From Allosphingosinicella sp. (GTDB taxonomy: Bacteria > Pseudomonadota > Alphaproteobacteria > Sphingomonadales > Sphingomonadaceae), in NCBI RefSeq assembly GCF_036570505.1, contig NZ_DATCYB010000085.1, positions 1,503 to 65,502 of the forward strand: DNA of 64,000 nt, in the 5' to 3' direction. Position numbers and translations under genes: made by a program. Shown piece by piece: positions 53,154 to 62,635 of this stretch. Position 1 is the first letter of the stretch. Every line of letters begins with the position of its first letter. The notes under the pieces are model-generated. The model saw only the letters and a list, made by a program, of their open reading frames with translations. It made no database searches and was not told the DNA's origin.

Positions 53154-54539
53154 ATGGCGCTAGATATTCTCGTCGTCGACGACGAACAGGACATTCGCGA
53201 ACTCGTCTCCGGCGTGCTCGAGGATGAAGGCTTTTCGACGCGGAGCGCCGGCAACAGCAGCGAAGCGCTGGCGGCGCTCATGGATCGCCGCCCGTCGCTG
53301 GTCCTGCTCGACGTCTGGCTCCAGGGGTCGAAGCTCGACGGCCTCCAGCTTCTTGACGAGATCAAGCGCCGTGATCCAACCCTGCCGGTCTTGATGATCT
53401 CAGGTCACGGCAATCTCGACACCGCCGTCGCCGCGATCCGCCAGGGCGCGGTCGACTTCATCGAGAAACCATTCGAGGCGGGCCATCTTCTCCATCTGGT
53501 CGAACGTGCGACCGAAACGGACCGACTGCGCCGCGAAAACGAGACGCTCAAGGCCCAGATCGGCCAGGAGACGGAGCTCACCGGGTCGAGCGTGGCGATC
53601 AATTCCGTTCGGGCAACCCTGAAGCGGGTAGCGGGGACGGGGAGCCGCGTCCTGATCACCGGCCCGGCGGGCGTCGGCAAGGAAGTGGCGGCGCGCCTGC
53701 TCCACAATTGGAGCCCGAGGGTCAACGCGCCGTTCATCGTCGTCAGCGCGGCCCGGATGACGCCGGAGCGGGTGGAAGAGGAATTGTTCGGTGTGGAGGA
53801 GGGGGGCGAACTCGCCCGGCCGGGCCTCCTCGAGCAGGCCCATGGCGGCACCTTGTTCCTGGATGAGATCGCCGACATGCCGATGCCGGCCCAGGGGAAG
53901 ATCCTGCGCGTCCTTACCGACCAGAGCTTCACGCGCGTCGGTGGCCAGCGGATGGTGAAGGTCGACATGCGGGTCGTTTCGTCTACCGCGCGCGTGCTTT
54001 CGGAAGAAATATCCGGGGGGCGGTTCCGCGAAGACCTCTTCTACCGGCTGAATGTCGTGCCGGTGCATCTTCCGGCGCTGTCGGAGCGGCGCGAGGACAT
54101 ACCGGAGCTCGTCGCCCATTTCGCGGCGCGCTATGCCGCCGAGCAGCGGCTGCCGACGCCGAGCCTGTCCGACGACGCGATAGCGGCGCTTCAAGCCTAT
54201 GACTGGCCGGGCAACGTCCGCCAGCTGCGCAACGTCATCGAGCGCACGATCATCCTCGCGCCCGGCTCGCGGATCGGCTGCATCGAGATCGACATGCTTC
54301 CGCCCGAGATCCTCAACGAGCAAGCCTCGCTCGCGCCCGGCGAGGCGGTGAAAGCGATCATGGGAACGCCGCTGAGGGAAGCGCGCGAGACATTCGAGCG
54401 CGAATATCTGCGCGTCCAGATCCGCCGATTCTCGGGCAACATCTCGCGCACCGCCACCTTCATCGGCATGGAGCGCTCGGCGCTGCACCGCAAATTGAAG
54501 GCGCTAGGCATTGGCGACAGGAGCGACGATGGGGAATAG
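53154..54539 (+). CDS. ntrX: response regulator NtrX (NtrC-family AAA+ domain without GAFTGA)
   Basis: Receiver ILVVDDE...LLDVWL (phospho-Asp), AAA+ Walker A GPAGVGKE, Walker B LFLDEI, C-terminal HTH ISRTATFIGMERSALHRKLK. The region where GAFTGA is expected reads ELFGVEEGGELARPG. Confidence 0.9.
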   Translation: MALDILVVDDEQDIRELVSGVLEDEGFSTRSAGNSSEALAALMDRRPSLVLLDVWLQGSKLDGLQLLDEIKRRDPTLPVLMISGHGNLDTAVAAIRQGAVDFIEKPFEAGHLLHLVERATETDRLRRENETLKAQIGQETELTGSSVAINSVRATLKRVAGTGSRVLITGPAGVGKEVAARLLHNWSPRVNAPFIVVSAARMTPERVEEELFGVEEGGELARPGLLEQAHGGTLFLDEIADMPMPAQGKILRVLTDQSFTRVGGQRMVKVDMRVVSSTARVLSEEISGGRFREDLFYRLNVVPVHLPALSERREDIPELVAHFAARYAAEQRLPTPSLSDDAIAALQAYDWPGNVRQLRNVIERTIILAPGSRIGCIEIDMLPPEILNEQASLAPGEAVKAIMGTPLREARETFEREYLRVQIRRFSGNISRTATFIGMERSALHRKLKALGIGDRSDDGE

Positions 54540-54651
54540 CGCCCGATGGCGCGATTCCTCCGCTCATGCTATTGAACGGCCGGGCCCCGCCTCTAACTAA
54601 GGAGCGCGGCGGCCGTGCGTGCGGCTCGCGCGCCAATAAGGAGAGCGGGAG

Positions 54652-55149
54652 ATGGCCGACAAGGTCAACAACCTCCAGGATATGTTCCTGAACAATCTCA
54701 GGCGGTCGAAGACGCCGGTCACGATGTTCCTGGTGAAGGGCGTGAAGCTCCAGGGCATCATCACCTGGTTCGACAATTTCTCAGTGCTGCTGCGCCGCGA
54801 CGGCCAGGCGCAGCTCATCTACAAGCACGCCATCTCGACCATCATGCCCTCGCAGCCGCTCGACCTCGGCGAGATCGAGCGCGCCTTCGCCGAGCAGACG
54901 GAGAAGAAGAAGCCTACCTTGCTGCAGGAGGTGTTCCTGGGCGCCGTCCGCCGTTCGGGCGAACCGGTGACCATGTTCCTGGTGAACGGCGTCATGCTCC
55001 AGGGCGAGATCGCGGCGTTCGACCTGTTCTGCATGCTCCTCCAGCGCGAGGGCCTGTCGCAGCTCGTTTACAAGCACGCCATTTCGACCGTCCAACCGGA
55101 GAAACCCGTGAGCTTCGTGGAAGCTGACGAGGAGGAGCCCGGCGCCTGA
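54652..55149 (+). CDS. hfq: RNA chaperone Hfq with two tandem Sm-like domains
   Basis: Domain 1: [59 protein letters not shown]. Domain 2: [60 protein letters not shown]. 165 aa. Confidence 0.9.
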   Translation: MADKVNNLQDMFLNNLRRSKTPVTMFLVKGVKLQGIITWFDNFSVLLRRDGQAQLIYKHAISTIMPSQPLDLGEIERAFAEQTEKKKPTLLQEVFLGAVRRSGEPVTMFLVNGVMLQGEIAAFDLFCMLLQREGLSQLVYKHAISTVQPEKPVSFVEADEEEPGA

Positions 55150-55214
55150 GCGTTTTCAACCGAGCCGATGACGACGTAGCCCGCGGCGCCCGCGCCATTA
55201 TCGCCCTTCCGGAA

Positions 55215-56456
55215 ATGGGAGGGGGAGGCGTGGGACGCGATACGGACGCGCGCCTCGACGAGGCGGCGGGCCTCGCCGAGGCGATCGGCGTGGTCGTCGC
55301 CGACAGGCTCTCTTTCAAGGTGCGCGCTCCCAAGGCCGGTACTTTGTTCGGATCGGGCCAGGTGCAGGCGATCGCGGATGCGGCAGAGCAGGCCGAGGCC
55401 GAGCTGATCATCGTCGATGCCGCGGTGACGCCGATACAACAGAAGAATCTGGAAAGCGCGACCAAGGTCAAGGTGATCGACCGCACCGGCCTGATCCTCG
55501 AAATCTTCGGGGAGCGGGCGGCCACGGCCGAGGGGCGGCTTCAGGTCGAGCTCGCCCATCTCGACTATCAGGCGGGCCGGCTGGTCCGGTCGTGGACCCA
55601 CCTTGAGCGCCAGCGCGGTGGCTTCGGCTTCCTCGGCGGACCCGGCGAAACCCAGATCGAGTCGGACCGCCGGATGATCCGTGACCGCATGGCCAAGATC
55701 CGCAAGGATCTGGATCAGGTAACGCGCACCCGAGCCCTCCATCGCGCCCGCCGGCAAAAGGCGCCCTGGCCGGTGATCGCGCTGGTGGGCTACACCAATG
55801 CCGGCAAGTCGACGCTGTTCAACCGGCTGACCCGGGCCGACGTGATGGCGGAGAACCTTCTGTTCGCCACGCTCGACCCGACCATGCGCGAAGTGGCGAT
55901 GCCGGGAATCGAGAAGGCGATCCTTTCCGACACGGTGGGTTTCATCTCCGATCTGCCGACGCAACTGGTAGCGGCTTTCCGCGCCACGCTGGAAGAGGTC
56001 GTGTCGGCGGACCTCATCATCCACGTCCGTGACATCTCCCATCCCGACAGCGAGGCGCAGCGGATTGACGTCGAGCGAGTGCTGGAGGAGATCGGCGCGG
56101 CGGGAGAGGGGGACTCTCCTCTCATCGAGGCATGGAACAAGATTGACGCCCTACCGGCCAATGAAGCCGAGCGCATCCGCGCGGAGGCGGCGCGCAAGGA
56201 GGATGTCGTCACACTGTCGGCGTTGACGGGAGAAGGGGTGGACGACTTCGTCCGCTGCACGGCTGATCGGTTACGCGAGGGCACCCATGTGCACACCGTC
56301 ACCCTGCCCGTATCGGCCGGCGAAGCGACCGCTTGGCTCCATGCCAATGGCGAGATAATCGACCAGCGTACCGAGGGTCTTGAGACGGCGTTCGAAGTCC
56401 GCATCTCCGACGCCGCCTGGGCCCGTTTCCGGGCGCAGCACGGAGCGTTGCTCTAA
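55215..56456 (+). CDS. hflX: GTPase HflX
   Basis: GQVQAI..., G1 GYTNAGKSTLFN, DTVGFI, NKID. An in-frame TAG at 55176 limits upstream extension. Confidence 0.95.
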   Translation: MGGGGVGRDTDARLDEAAGLAEAIGVVVADRLSFKVRAPKAGTLFGSGQVQAIADAAEQAEAELIIVDAAVTPIQQKNLESATKVKVIDRTGLILEIFGERAATAEGRLQVELAHLDYQAGRLVRSWTHLERQRGGFGFLGGPGETQIESDRRMIRDRMAKIRKDLDQVTRTRALHRARRQKAPWPVIALVGYTNAGKSTLFNRLTRADVMAENLLFATLDPTMREVAMPGIEKAILSDTVGFISDLPTQLVAAFRATLEEVVSADLIIHVRDISHPDSEAQRIDVERVLEEIGAAGEGDSPLIEAWNKIDALPANEAERIRAEAARKEDVVTLSALTGEGVDDFVRCTADRLREGTHVHTVTLPVSAGEATAWLHANGEIIDQRTEGLETAFEVRISDAAWARFRAQHGALL

Positions 56457-57217
56457 AGCGCGCGCTTGGCCTGCTGCCACAGCGTTTCGAGCGCCTCGAT
56501 ATTCATTCCGTTCAAGGGCTTGTCGGCGATTTCTTCAACCTTGCGGAAACGCGCTTCGAACCGGGATGCCGCCTCGCGCAGCGCGGTCTCGGGGTCGATG
56601 CTCAAATGTCGAGCATAGTTGACGACTGAAAACAGGAGGTCGCCCACCTCGGCGGCGCGTTCCTCGTCCGAGGTGGCGGCATCGATCTCGGCCAGCTCCT
56701 CGATGATCTTGGCGCGCGGGCCGTCGGCGTCGGGCCAATCGAAGCCGACGCGGGCGGCGCGCTTCTGGAGCTTCTCGGCGCGTTTCAGCGCGGGCAGAGC
56801 GTGAGCCACGTGGGCGAGCGCGCTCTTGTCCGCATAGGAGTCGCGTTCCCCGGCCTTCAGCGCTTCCCAGCCGGGGCTTTCCGCCTCGTCGCCGAAAATG
56901 TGCGGATGGCGGCGGATCATCTTGGCGGTGATCGACGCCATGACGTCGTCAATGCCGAAGGCGCCACGCTCCTCGGCGATGCGGGCGTGGTAGACGACCT
57001 GAAGCTGGAGGTCGCCAAGCTCTTCCTTCAGGTCGGCCATATCGCCGCGGCGGATGGCATCGGCGACTTCATAGGCTTCCTCGATCGCGTAGGGCGCGAT
57101 GGTCTCGAAGGTCTGGACGCGGTCCCATTCGCAGCCATTCTCGGGATCGCGAAGCCGGCGCATAACCTCGACGAGATCGGCAAGAGAAGAATGAGGGGCC
57201 CCTTCAGTTTGCGTCAT
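56453..57217 (-). CDS. mazG: nucleoside triphosphate pyrophosphohydrolase MazG
   Basis: CEWDRVQTFETIAPYAIEEAYEVADAI, a second MazG repeat EELAEIDAA...EVGDLLFSVVNYARH. Confidence 0.9.
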   Translation of the reverse strand: MTQTEGAPHSSLADLVEVMRRLRDPENGCEWDRVQTFETIAPYAIEEAYEVADAIRRGDMADLKEELGDLQLQVVYHARIAEERGAFGIDDVMASITAKMIRRHPHIFGDEAESPGWEALKAGERDSYADKSALAHVAHALPALKRAEKLQKRAARVGFDWPDADGPRAKIIEELAEIDAATSDEERAAEVGDLLFSVVNYARHLSIDPETALREAASRFEARFRKVEEIADKPLNGMNIEALETLWQQAKRAL

Positions 57218-57290
57218 CTGTAAGTCCGATAATATACATTATGTAAAATCTAGATGGTTCGGCAGGGCGCTGTTTTCGGCATCCCGCGGA

Positions 57291-57890
57291 TTACGGTCGG
57301 AGAATCAGCCAATCCCCTTCGACACCCCAGCCGGAGAGCGATGACAGGAAGTTCATGCCGAGCACATTGGTCTCGCCGAAACCATCGGAGATGTGCACGG
57401 CGAGATCCTCGCGAACGATCGTGCCGACCTCGACGCGATCCGCGCGGCCACGCTGGACGGCGACAGTGCCGTTCGCCGTCTGGACGATGACGGGAAAGCC
57501 GCCGCTCGGCTCGATGCCGGCGCGTCGCGCGGTGTCGGAGGAAATGCTGGTGGTCGTCGCGCCGCTGTCGATCAGGAAACGGACAGTCTCGCCGTTGAGC
57601 TCGGTATCGACCCAGAAATGGCCGTCAAGTGCCTGGCGGATCCGCAATGTCTCGCCCTGCTGGACCGGCGTGGCAGTCCCCTGGACCGACTGCATGAGGC
57701 GATCGCCGAGCGCGGCGAAGTCGCTTCGAAGGGCGAAGACGATGAAGATAGCCAGGAAGATGAGGATCCAGGTGGCGAGCATCTTGAAGCCCTGCCGGAT
57801 CGGAATCCGACGCACCATCAGGGCGCTGGCTACCAGCACCAGCACGCCCAGAAGATAAATAAAATTAGCGGCTTGGTCGCCGTTGTTCAC
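57291..57890 (-). CDS. retropepsin-like (clan AA) aspartic protease, membrane-anchored
   Basis: Two N-terminal TM helices, then FLIDSGATTTSIS (D-S/T-G active site) and LLGMNFL, as in TIGR02281-type proteins. Confidence 0.8.
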   Translation of the reverse strand: MNNGDQAANFIYLLGVLVLVASALMVRRIPIRQGFKMLATWILIFLAIFIVFALRSDFAALGDRLMQSVQGTATPVQQGETLRIRQALDGHFWVDTELNGETVRFLIDSGATTTSISSDTARRAGIEPSGGFPVIVQTANGTVAVQRGRADRVEVGTIVREDLAVHISDGFGETNVLGMNFLSSLSGWGVEGDWLILRP

Positions 57891-58651
57891 AATTCCACCT
57901 CAAGGCCGTCATAGCCCGGCTCAACCCCGCCGGGGAGTTCGGCGACCAGTTCAGCATAGTCCATGCTGTTGTCCATGTGCGTCAGGATAGCACGACCGGG
58001 TTGAACGGCATCGATCCATTCCAGCGCCTGTTGGAGATGCGGATGGGTCGGGTGCGGTTGGCGCCTGAGGGCATCCACGATCCACACGTCGACGCCTTTG
58101 AACAGGTCGGTCATTTCAGCGGTCAGGCCATTGAAATCCGTCGAATAACCCACCGACTTGCCACCGGCCTCGAAGCGCAGGCCGGCCGAGGTGATCGACC
58201 CGTGCGGTTGATCGACGACGTGGACGTCGATCGCGCCGACGCGGACCGCGTCGGGAAGCAGCGCTGCTTCGACGACCGGAGGGTAGCCGTCCTTGCCCTC
58301 GAATGCATAAGCAAAGCGGTTTCGGAGCGTGCCCAGCGTGTCGGCGCGGGCGTAGCCGGCAACCGGCGCTCCGCGGACGTGGAAGAGCTGCCTCAGATCG
58401 TCGATGCCGTGGCAGTGATCGGCATGGTCGTGGGTCCAGATCACGGCATCCAGGTCGGACACGTCGGTATCCAGTAACTGCTCGCGCAAATCCGGGCTGG
58501 TATCGACGAGGATACGGGTATCGGCCTCTTCGACCAGGATGGAAACGCGCCGGCGACGGTTCTTCGGCTCTGACGGGTCGCATCGGCCCCAATCGTTGCC
58601 GATCCTCGGGACGCCGGACGATGTGCCGCAGCCGAGGACGCGAAGCTTCAC
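57887..58651 (-). CDS. MBL-fold metallo-hydrolase (PhnP-like)
   Basis: LGCGTSSGVPR, HDHADHCHGIDDL. 4-nt overlaps with both neighbours. Confidence 0.8.
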   Translation of the reverse strand: MKLRVLGCGTSSGVPRIGNDWGRCDPSEPKNRRRRVSILVEEADTRILVDTSPDLREQLLDTDVSDLDAVIWTHDHADHCHGIDDLRQLFHVRGAPVAGYARADTLGTLRNRFAYAFEGKDGYPPVVEAALLPDAVRVGAIDVHVVDQPHGSITSAGLRFEAGGKSVGYSTDFNGLTAEMTDLFKGVDVWIVDALRRQPHPTHPHLQQALEWIDAVQPGRAILTHMDNSMDYAELVAELPGGVEPGYDGLEVEL

Positions 58652-59424
58652 GCCGCGGCCTTGGCGAACAGCTTACGGAAGTTGGCGCTGGTGGCGGTGG
58701 AAAGCTTTTCGAGCGGCTCGTCGCGCAGCGCCGCCAGAAAGCGCGCGGTGTCGGCGACATAAGCGGGCTCGCAGGGCTTGCCCCTGTGCGGAACGGGTGC
58801 GAGGAACGGCGAATCGGTCTCGATCAGCAGCTTTTCCAGCGGCAGCGTTTTGGCTGTTTCCTGCAAATCCCTGGCATTCTTGAACGTCACGATGCCTGAG
58901 ATCGAGATATAAAGGCCGAGATCGAGCGCCTTGCGGGCGAAATCGGCGCTGGCGGTGAAGCAATGGATGACGCCGGTGAAGGCCCCCTTCCCCATTTCCT
59001 CGGCGAGGATGGCGTGCGTGTCGTCTTCGGCGTCGCGGGTGTGAACGATGATGGGAAGGCGGCTTTCGCGTGCGGCAGCGATGTGGGAGCGGAAGCTGTC
59101 GCGCTGCCGGTCGCGGTCGGAGTGGTCATAGTAGAAGTCGAGGCCGCTTTCGCCGATGCCGACGACGCGCGGATGGCGGGCGCGCTCGACGAGGGTTTCG
59201 GTTTCGACGTCGGGATGGGTGTCGGCCTCGTGCGGGTGAACCCCGACGGAGGCCCAGACATCCCCTTCCCGCTCGGCGACGCCGATCACATCGTTCCATT
59301 CGGACGCGCGAGTCGAGATGTTCAGCATCGTCTCGACACCCGCAGCCCGCGCCCGCTCCAATACGCCCTGCTGATCTTCGATCAGGCCCTTGTAGTTCAG
59401 ATGGCAGTGGCTATCGATGAACAT
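58648..59424 (-). CDS. TatD-family metal-dependent hydrolase
   Basis: MFIDSHCHL, GESGLDFYY, IIVHTRDA, GVIHCFT, LIETDSPFLAP. Confidence 0.9.
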   Translation of the reverse strand: MFIDSHCHLNYKGLIEDQQGVLERARAAGVETMLNISTRASEWNDVIGVAEREGDVWASVGVHPHEADTHPDVETETLVERARHPRVVGIGESGLDFYYDHSDRDRQRDSFRSHIAAARESRLPIIVHTRDAEDDTHAILAEEMGKGAFTGVIHCFTASADFARKALDLGLYISISGIVTFKNARDLQETAKTLPLEKLLIETDSPFLAPVPHRGKPCEPAYVADTARFLAALRDEPLEKLSTATSANFRKLFAKAAA

Positions 59425-59475
59425 GGCAGTCCTAATAAGGCCATCCCCTCCCCCTTCTGCAAGGAGCCGCCTGGG

Positions 59476-61035
59476 TCAATCGGTCGCGGGCGTTTCGAGA
59501 CGGGGGAATATGGGCGTCGGGGCCTCCAGTTTGAAATCCGACTTTACGAGTCTTTCGTAACTGTCTGAATCCTCAAGCGCTGCATAGTCGCGCTCGCCCT
59601 CGGGCACGTCCATCTGGTCGAGCAGGTGTCCCGCGGAGGCTGGAATGACCGGCAGTATGGCGATCGCGAGGTCGCGGATCGCCTGGTAGAGCGTGGCGAG
59701 CACGGCCATCATCCGCTCGGGGTCGGTCTTGCGCAGCGCCCAGGGCGCCTGGGCGTCGATATATTGGTTGCATGCGAAGACGGCCTTCAGCCAGCCTTCG
59801 ACGCCCTGGCTGAGCTCTAGAGCCTCGAAATGCGCCGGCATGTCGCGACGAACGACCTCGCTCACCAGGGTCAGGAGAGCCTGATCGGCAGGGTCGCTCC
59901 TGCCGCCGGACGGTAGCACCCCATCGCAGTTCCTCGCGATGAAAGACAAAGTCCTCTGCGCCAGATTGCCGAAGCTGTTGGCGAGATCGGCGTTGACGCG
60001 GTTGACGATCGCTTCGGCGCTGTAGCTGCCGTCCTGGCCGAAGGTGATTTCCCTCAGCAGGAAGTAGCGGAGCTGGTCGACGCCGAATGCTTCCACGAGA
60101 TCGAGCGGATCGACGACGTTGCCGACCGATTTCGACATCTTCTCGCCGCGGTGGAGGAGGAAGCCATGGCCGAACACCTGTTTCGGCAAGGGAATGCCGG
60201 CCGACATCAGGAAAGCGGGCCAGTAGACGGCGTGGAAGCGGACGATGTCCTTGCCGATCATGTGGATATCGGCCGGCCAGTAGCGCTTGTACGCTTCTGT
60301 TTCGTCGGGATAGCCGATACCGGTCGGGTAGTTGGTGAGGGCATCTACCCAGACGTACATGACGTGGCGCTCGTCGCCCGGCACCTTGACGCCCCAGTCG
60401 AAGCTGGAGCGCGAGATGGACAAGTCCGACAGGCCGCCTTCCACGAAACGAAGCACCTCGTTGCGCCGTGCCTCCGGACGGATGAAGTTCGGATTGTCGG
60501 AGTAGTGCCGGAGCAAGGGCTCCTGATATTTGGAGAGTCGGAAGAACCAGCTCTCCTCCACCGTCCACTCGGCGAGCGTGCCGTGCGGCGAGAGCTTCTC
60601 GCCGCTGTCGGCCGTGACCAGCTCCTTCTCGTCATAATAGGCTTCGTCGCGGACCGAGTACCAGCCTTCGTAGCGGCCGAGATAGATGTCGCCGGCGTCG
60701 ACCATCGCCTGCCAGATCGCCTGGCTGGCGCGGTGATGATCGGCCTCGGTCGTACGGATGAAGCGATCACACGAGATATTAAGCCGCTCATCCATCTCAC
60801 GGAAATAGGAAGACATTTCTTCTGCGAGCGCGGCGGGCTCGACGCCCTTCTCGCGCGCGGTCTGCGCCATCTTCAGGCCGTGCTCGTCGGTGCCCGTCAG
60901 GAAGAAGACGTCGCGGCCGCGCTGGCGCTGGAAGCGGGCGACGACGTCGGTCGCGATCGCTTCATAGGCATGGCCGATATGCGGGCGTCCATTGGGATAG
61001 TTGATCGCGGTGGTGATGTAGAAGGGTTCAGCCAT
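59476..61035 (-). CDS. metG: methionine--tRNA ligase
   Basis: Start MAEPFYITTAINYPNGRPHIGHAYE (HIGH), KMSKS. 519 aa. The 651-aa ORF is an upstream extension through holB. Confidence 0.95.
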   Translation of the reverse strand: MAEPFYITTAINYPNGRPHIGHAYEAIATDVVARFQRQRGRDVFFLTGTDEHGLKMAQTAREKGVEPAALAEEMSSYFREMDERLNISCDRFIRTTEADHHRASQAIWQAMVDAGDIYLGRYEGWYSVRDEAYYDEKELVTADSGEKLSPHGTLAEWTVEESWFFRLSKYQEPLLRHYSDNPNFIRPEARRNEVLRFVEGGLSDLSISRSSFDWGVKVPGDERHVMYVWVDALTNYPTGIGYPDETEAYKRYWPADIHMIGKDIVRFHAVYWPAFLMSAGIPLPKQVFGHGFLLHRGEKMSKSVGNVVDPLDLVEAFGVDQLRYFLLREITFGQDGSYSAEAIVNRVNADLANSFGNLAQRTLSFIARNCDGVLPSGGRSDPADQALLTLVSEVVRRDMPAHFEALELSQGVEGWLKAVFACNQYIDAQAPWALRKTDPERMMAVLATLYQAIRDLAIAILPVIPASAGHLLDQMDVPEGERDYAALEDSDSYERLVKSDFKLEAPTPIFPRLETPATD

Positions 61036-62011
61036 GAGCCTGTTCGGGTGCGAGCGCCGCGAGCATCCCGGCAAGCTCGAAGACGACGCTCTGAGGATCG
61101 AGCGAGAGGCGGGTGGCGCTCCCGGCCAGGGCGGAGGCCCTTTCCCACAAGCGAAGCGCCTCGGCAAGCGCCGCGCCGCTGCGCTGCCTCGCTTGTTCGG
61201 CGATGAGCGAGGGCGCGCGGGCGAGGAAGGCCTCGTAGCGGGGCTGCGCCGCTTTAAGCGACAGGCTCTGGGCGAGCTGGCTGCGACGGGCGTTGGTCGG
61301 ATCGCCCTTGGCGGCAAGGTCGCGCATCGCCCCGTCGAGGGCGCCGATATCGAGACCGCGGTAGGCGATGGCGCGGCCGGGGGAGCCCTCCCCCACTTTG
61401 CGCAAAGAGGCGATTTCCGCCTCGTCGGCATCGGGGAGTGCGGCCTTCAGCGCCGACGTCATGGCGGCATCGTCGAGCGTAGTGAGGCGAAGCTGGCGGC
61501 AACGCGAACGGATCGTCGGCAAAAGGCGCTCGGGCGCGTGGCTGACGAGGAGGAACAGGCTGTTGGGCGGCGGTTCTTCGAGATTCTTGAGCAGGGCGTT
61601 GGCGCCGCCTCGTTCGAGGTCGTCGACCGAGTCGATGATGACCGCGCGCCGGGGCGACATGGACGGCGTGGTCGAGAAAAGCCTTTGCAGGCCCCGCACC
61701 TGATCGATCGTGATGCTGCGCGCCAGTTCGTCGCCACCATTTTTCGCGAGACGCTCCAGACGCATGAGATCGGGATGGCTCCTTGCCTCGACGAGCCTGG
61801 CGGTGGGGTGGTCGTCGGGCACGTCGAGCCCAGGTCTGTCCACCGGAGGTCCCGCGCCTTCGGCCAGCATGCGCAGCGCCGCCTTCTCGGCGAACAGCGC
61901 CTTGCCGACACCCATAGGTCCTGTGATCAGCCAGGCATGATGCAGGCGGCCCGTGTCCAGCCTCTCGCGAAAGGCGGCAACGGCGTCGTCATGGCCGAAG
62001 AGAGATGTCAC
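61028..62011 (-). CDS. holB: DNA polymerase III delta-prime subunit
   Basis: HAWLITGPMGVGKALFA, LLKNLEEPP, SRCRQLRL. GTGA overlap with the tmk stop. Confidence 0.85.
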   Translation of the reverse strand: MTSLFGHDDAVAAFRERLDTGRLHHAWLITGPMGVGKALFAEKAALRMLAEGAGPPVDRPGLDVPDDHPTARLVEARSHPDLMRLERLAKNGGDELARSITIDQVRGLQRLFSTTPSMSPRRAVIIDSVDDLERGGANALLKNLEEPPPNSLFLLVSHAPERLLPTIRSRCRQLRLTTLDDAAMTSALKAALPDADEAEIASLRKVGEGSPGRAIAYRGLDIGALDGAMRDLAAKGDPTNARRSQLAQSLSLKAAQPRYEAFLARAPSLIAEQARQRSGAALAEALRLWERASALAGSATRLSLDPQSVVFELAGMLAALAPEQAHG

Positions 62012-62634
62012 AGCAGGTCGTCCAGAGTCGCGAGTATGCGATCGGTCACATGCTCCGGCGCGCCGGCAGCATCGATCACGCGGAAGCGGCCGGGCTCTTT
62101 CTCGGCGAGAGAGCGGAACGCCAGGGCGACGAGGCCATGATAGTCGGCGCCGCGCCCGCCGATCCGGTCCGCCGCCCCTCCGTCTCTAGTCGCGGCCCGA
62201 CCGGCGGCGGCATCGGCGGGAAGGTGTAGGATGATTGTCCGGTCGGGAAGCAGACCGGCGCTGCCGATCGCGTGGAGCTGGCGAATGGCGTCGGTCCCTA
62301 CGCCGCCGGCGCCGCCCTGATAGGCGAGCGAGCTGTCGAGGAAGCGATCGGTAAGGACCCAGGCGCCGCGTTCCAGAGCCGGGCGGATCGTGCGGGCGAC
62401 ATGGTCGGCTCGGGCGGCGGCGAAGAGCAACGCCTCTGTTTCGGCGGTCCAGCGCTCGGCCTCGCCTTCGAGCAGGAGCTTGCGGATCGCCTCTGCGCCG
62501 GGGCTGCCGCCCGGCTCCCGGGTCTCGACGACGTCTAGCCCCCGCGCACGCAGCGCCTCGGCGAGGCGCTTCAGTTGGGTCGATTTCCCGACCCCCTCTC
62601 CGCCTTCCAGGCTGATGAAGCGGCCGCGCTTCAC
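62008..62634 (-). CDS. tmk: dTMP kinase
   Basis: GTG start (VKRGRFISLEGGEGVGKSTQ), TREPGG, DRFLDSSLAYQG. The start follows the dacC stop by 1 nt. Confidence 0.9.
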   Translation of the reverse strand: MKRGRFISLEGGEGVGKSTQLKRLAEALRARGLDVVETREPGGSPGAEAIRKLLLEGEAERWTAETEALLFAAARADHVARTIRPALERGAWVLTDRFLDSSLAYQGGAGGVGTDAIRQLHAIGSAGLLPDRTIILHLPADAAAGRAATRDGGAADRIGGRGADYHGLVALAFRSLAEKEPGRFRVIDAAGAPEHVTDRILATLDDLL

Positions 62635-62635
62635 C

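Noticed and set aside
57225-57262. AT-rich patch with the 11-bp palindrome TACAT-T-ATGTA upstream of mazG, considered as an operator or promoter
   Set aside because: I could not place convincing -35/-10 hexamers at proper spacing. The palindrome is short, and an AT-rich promoter region alone is unremarkable.
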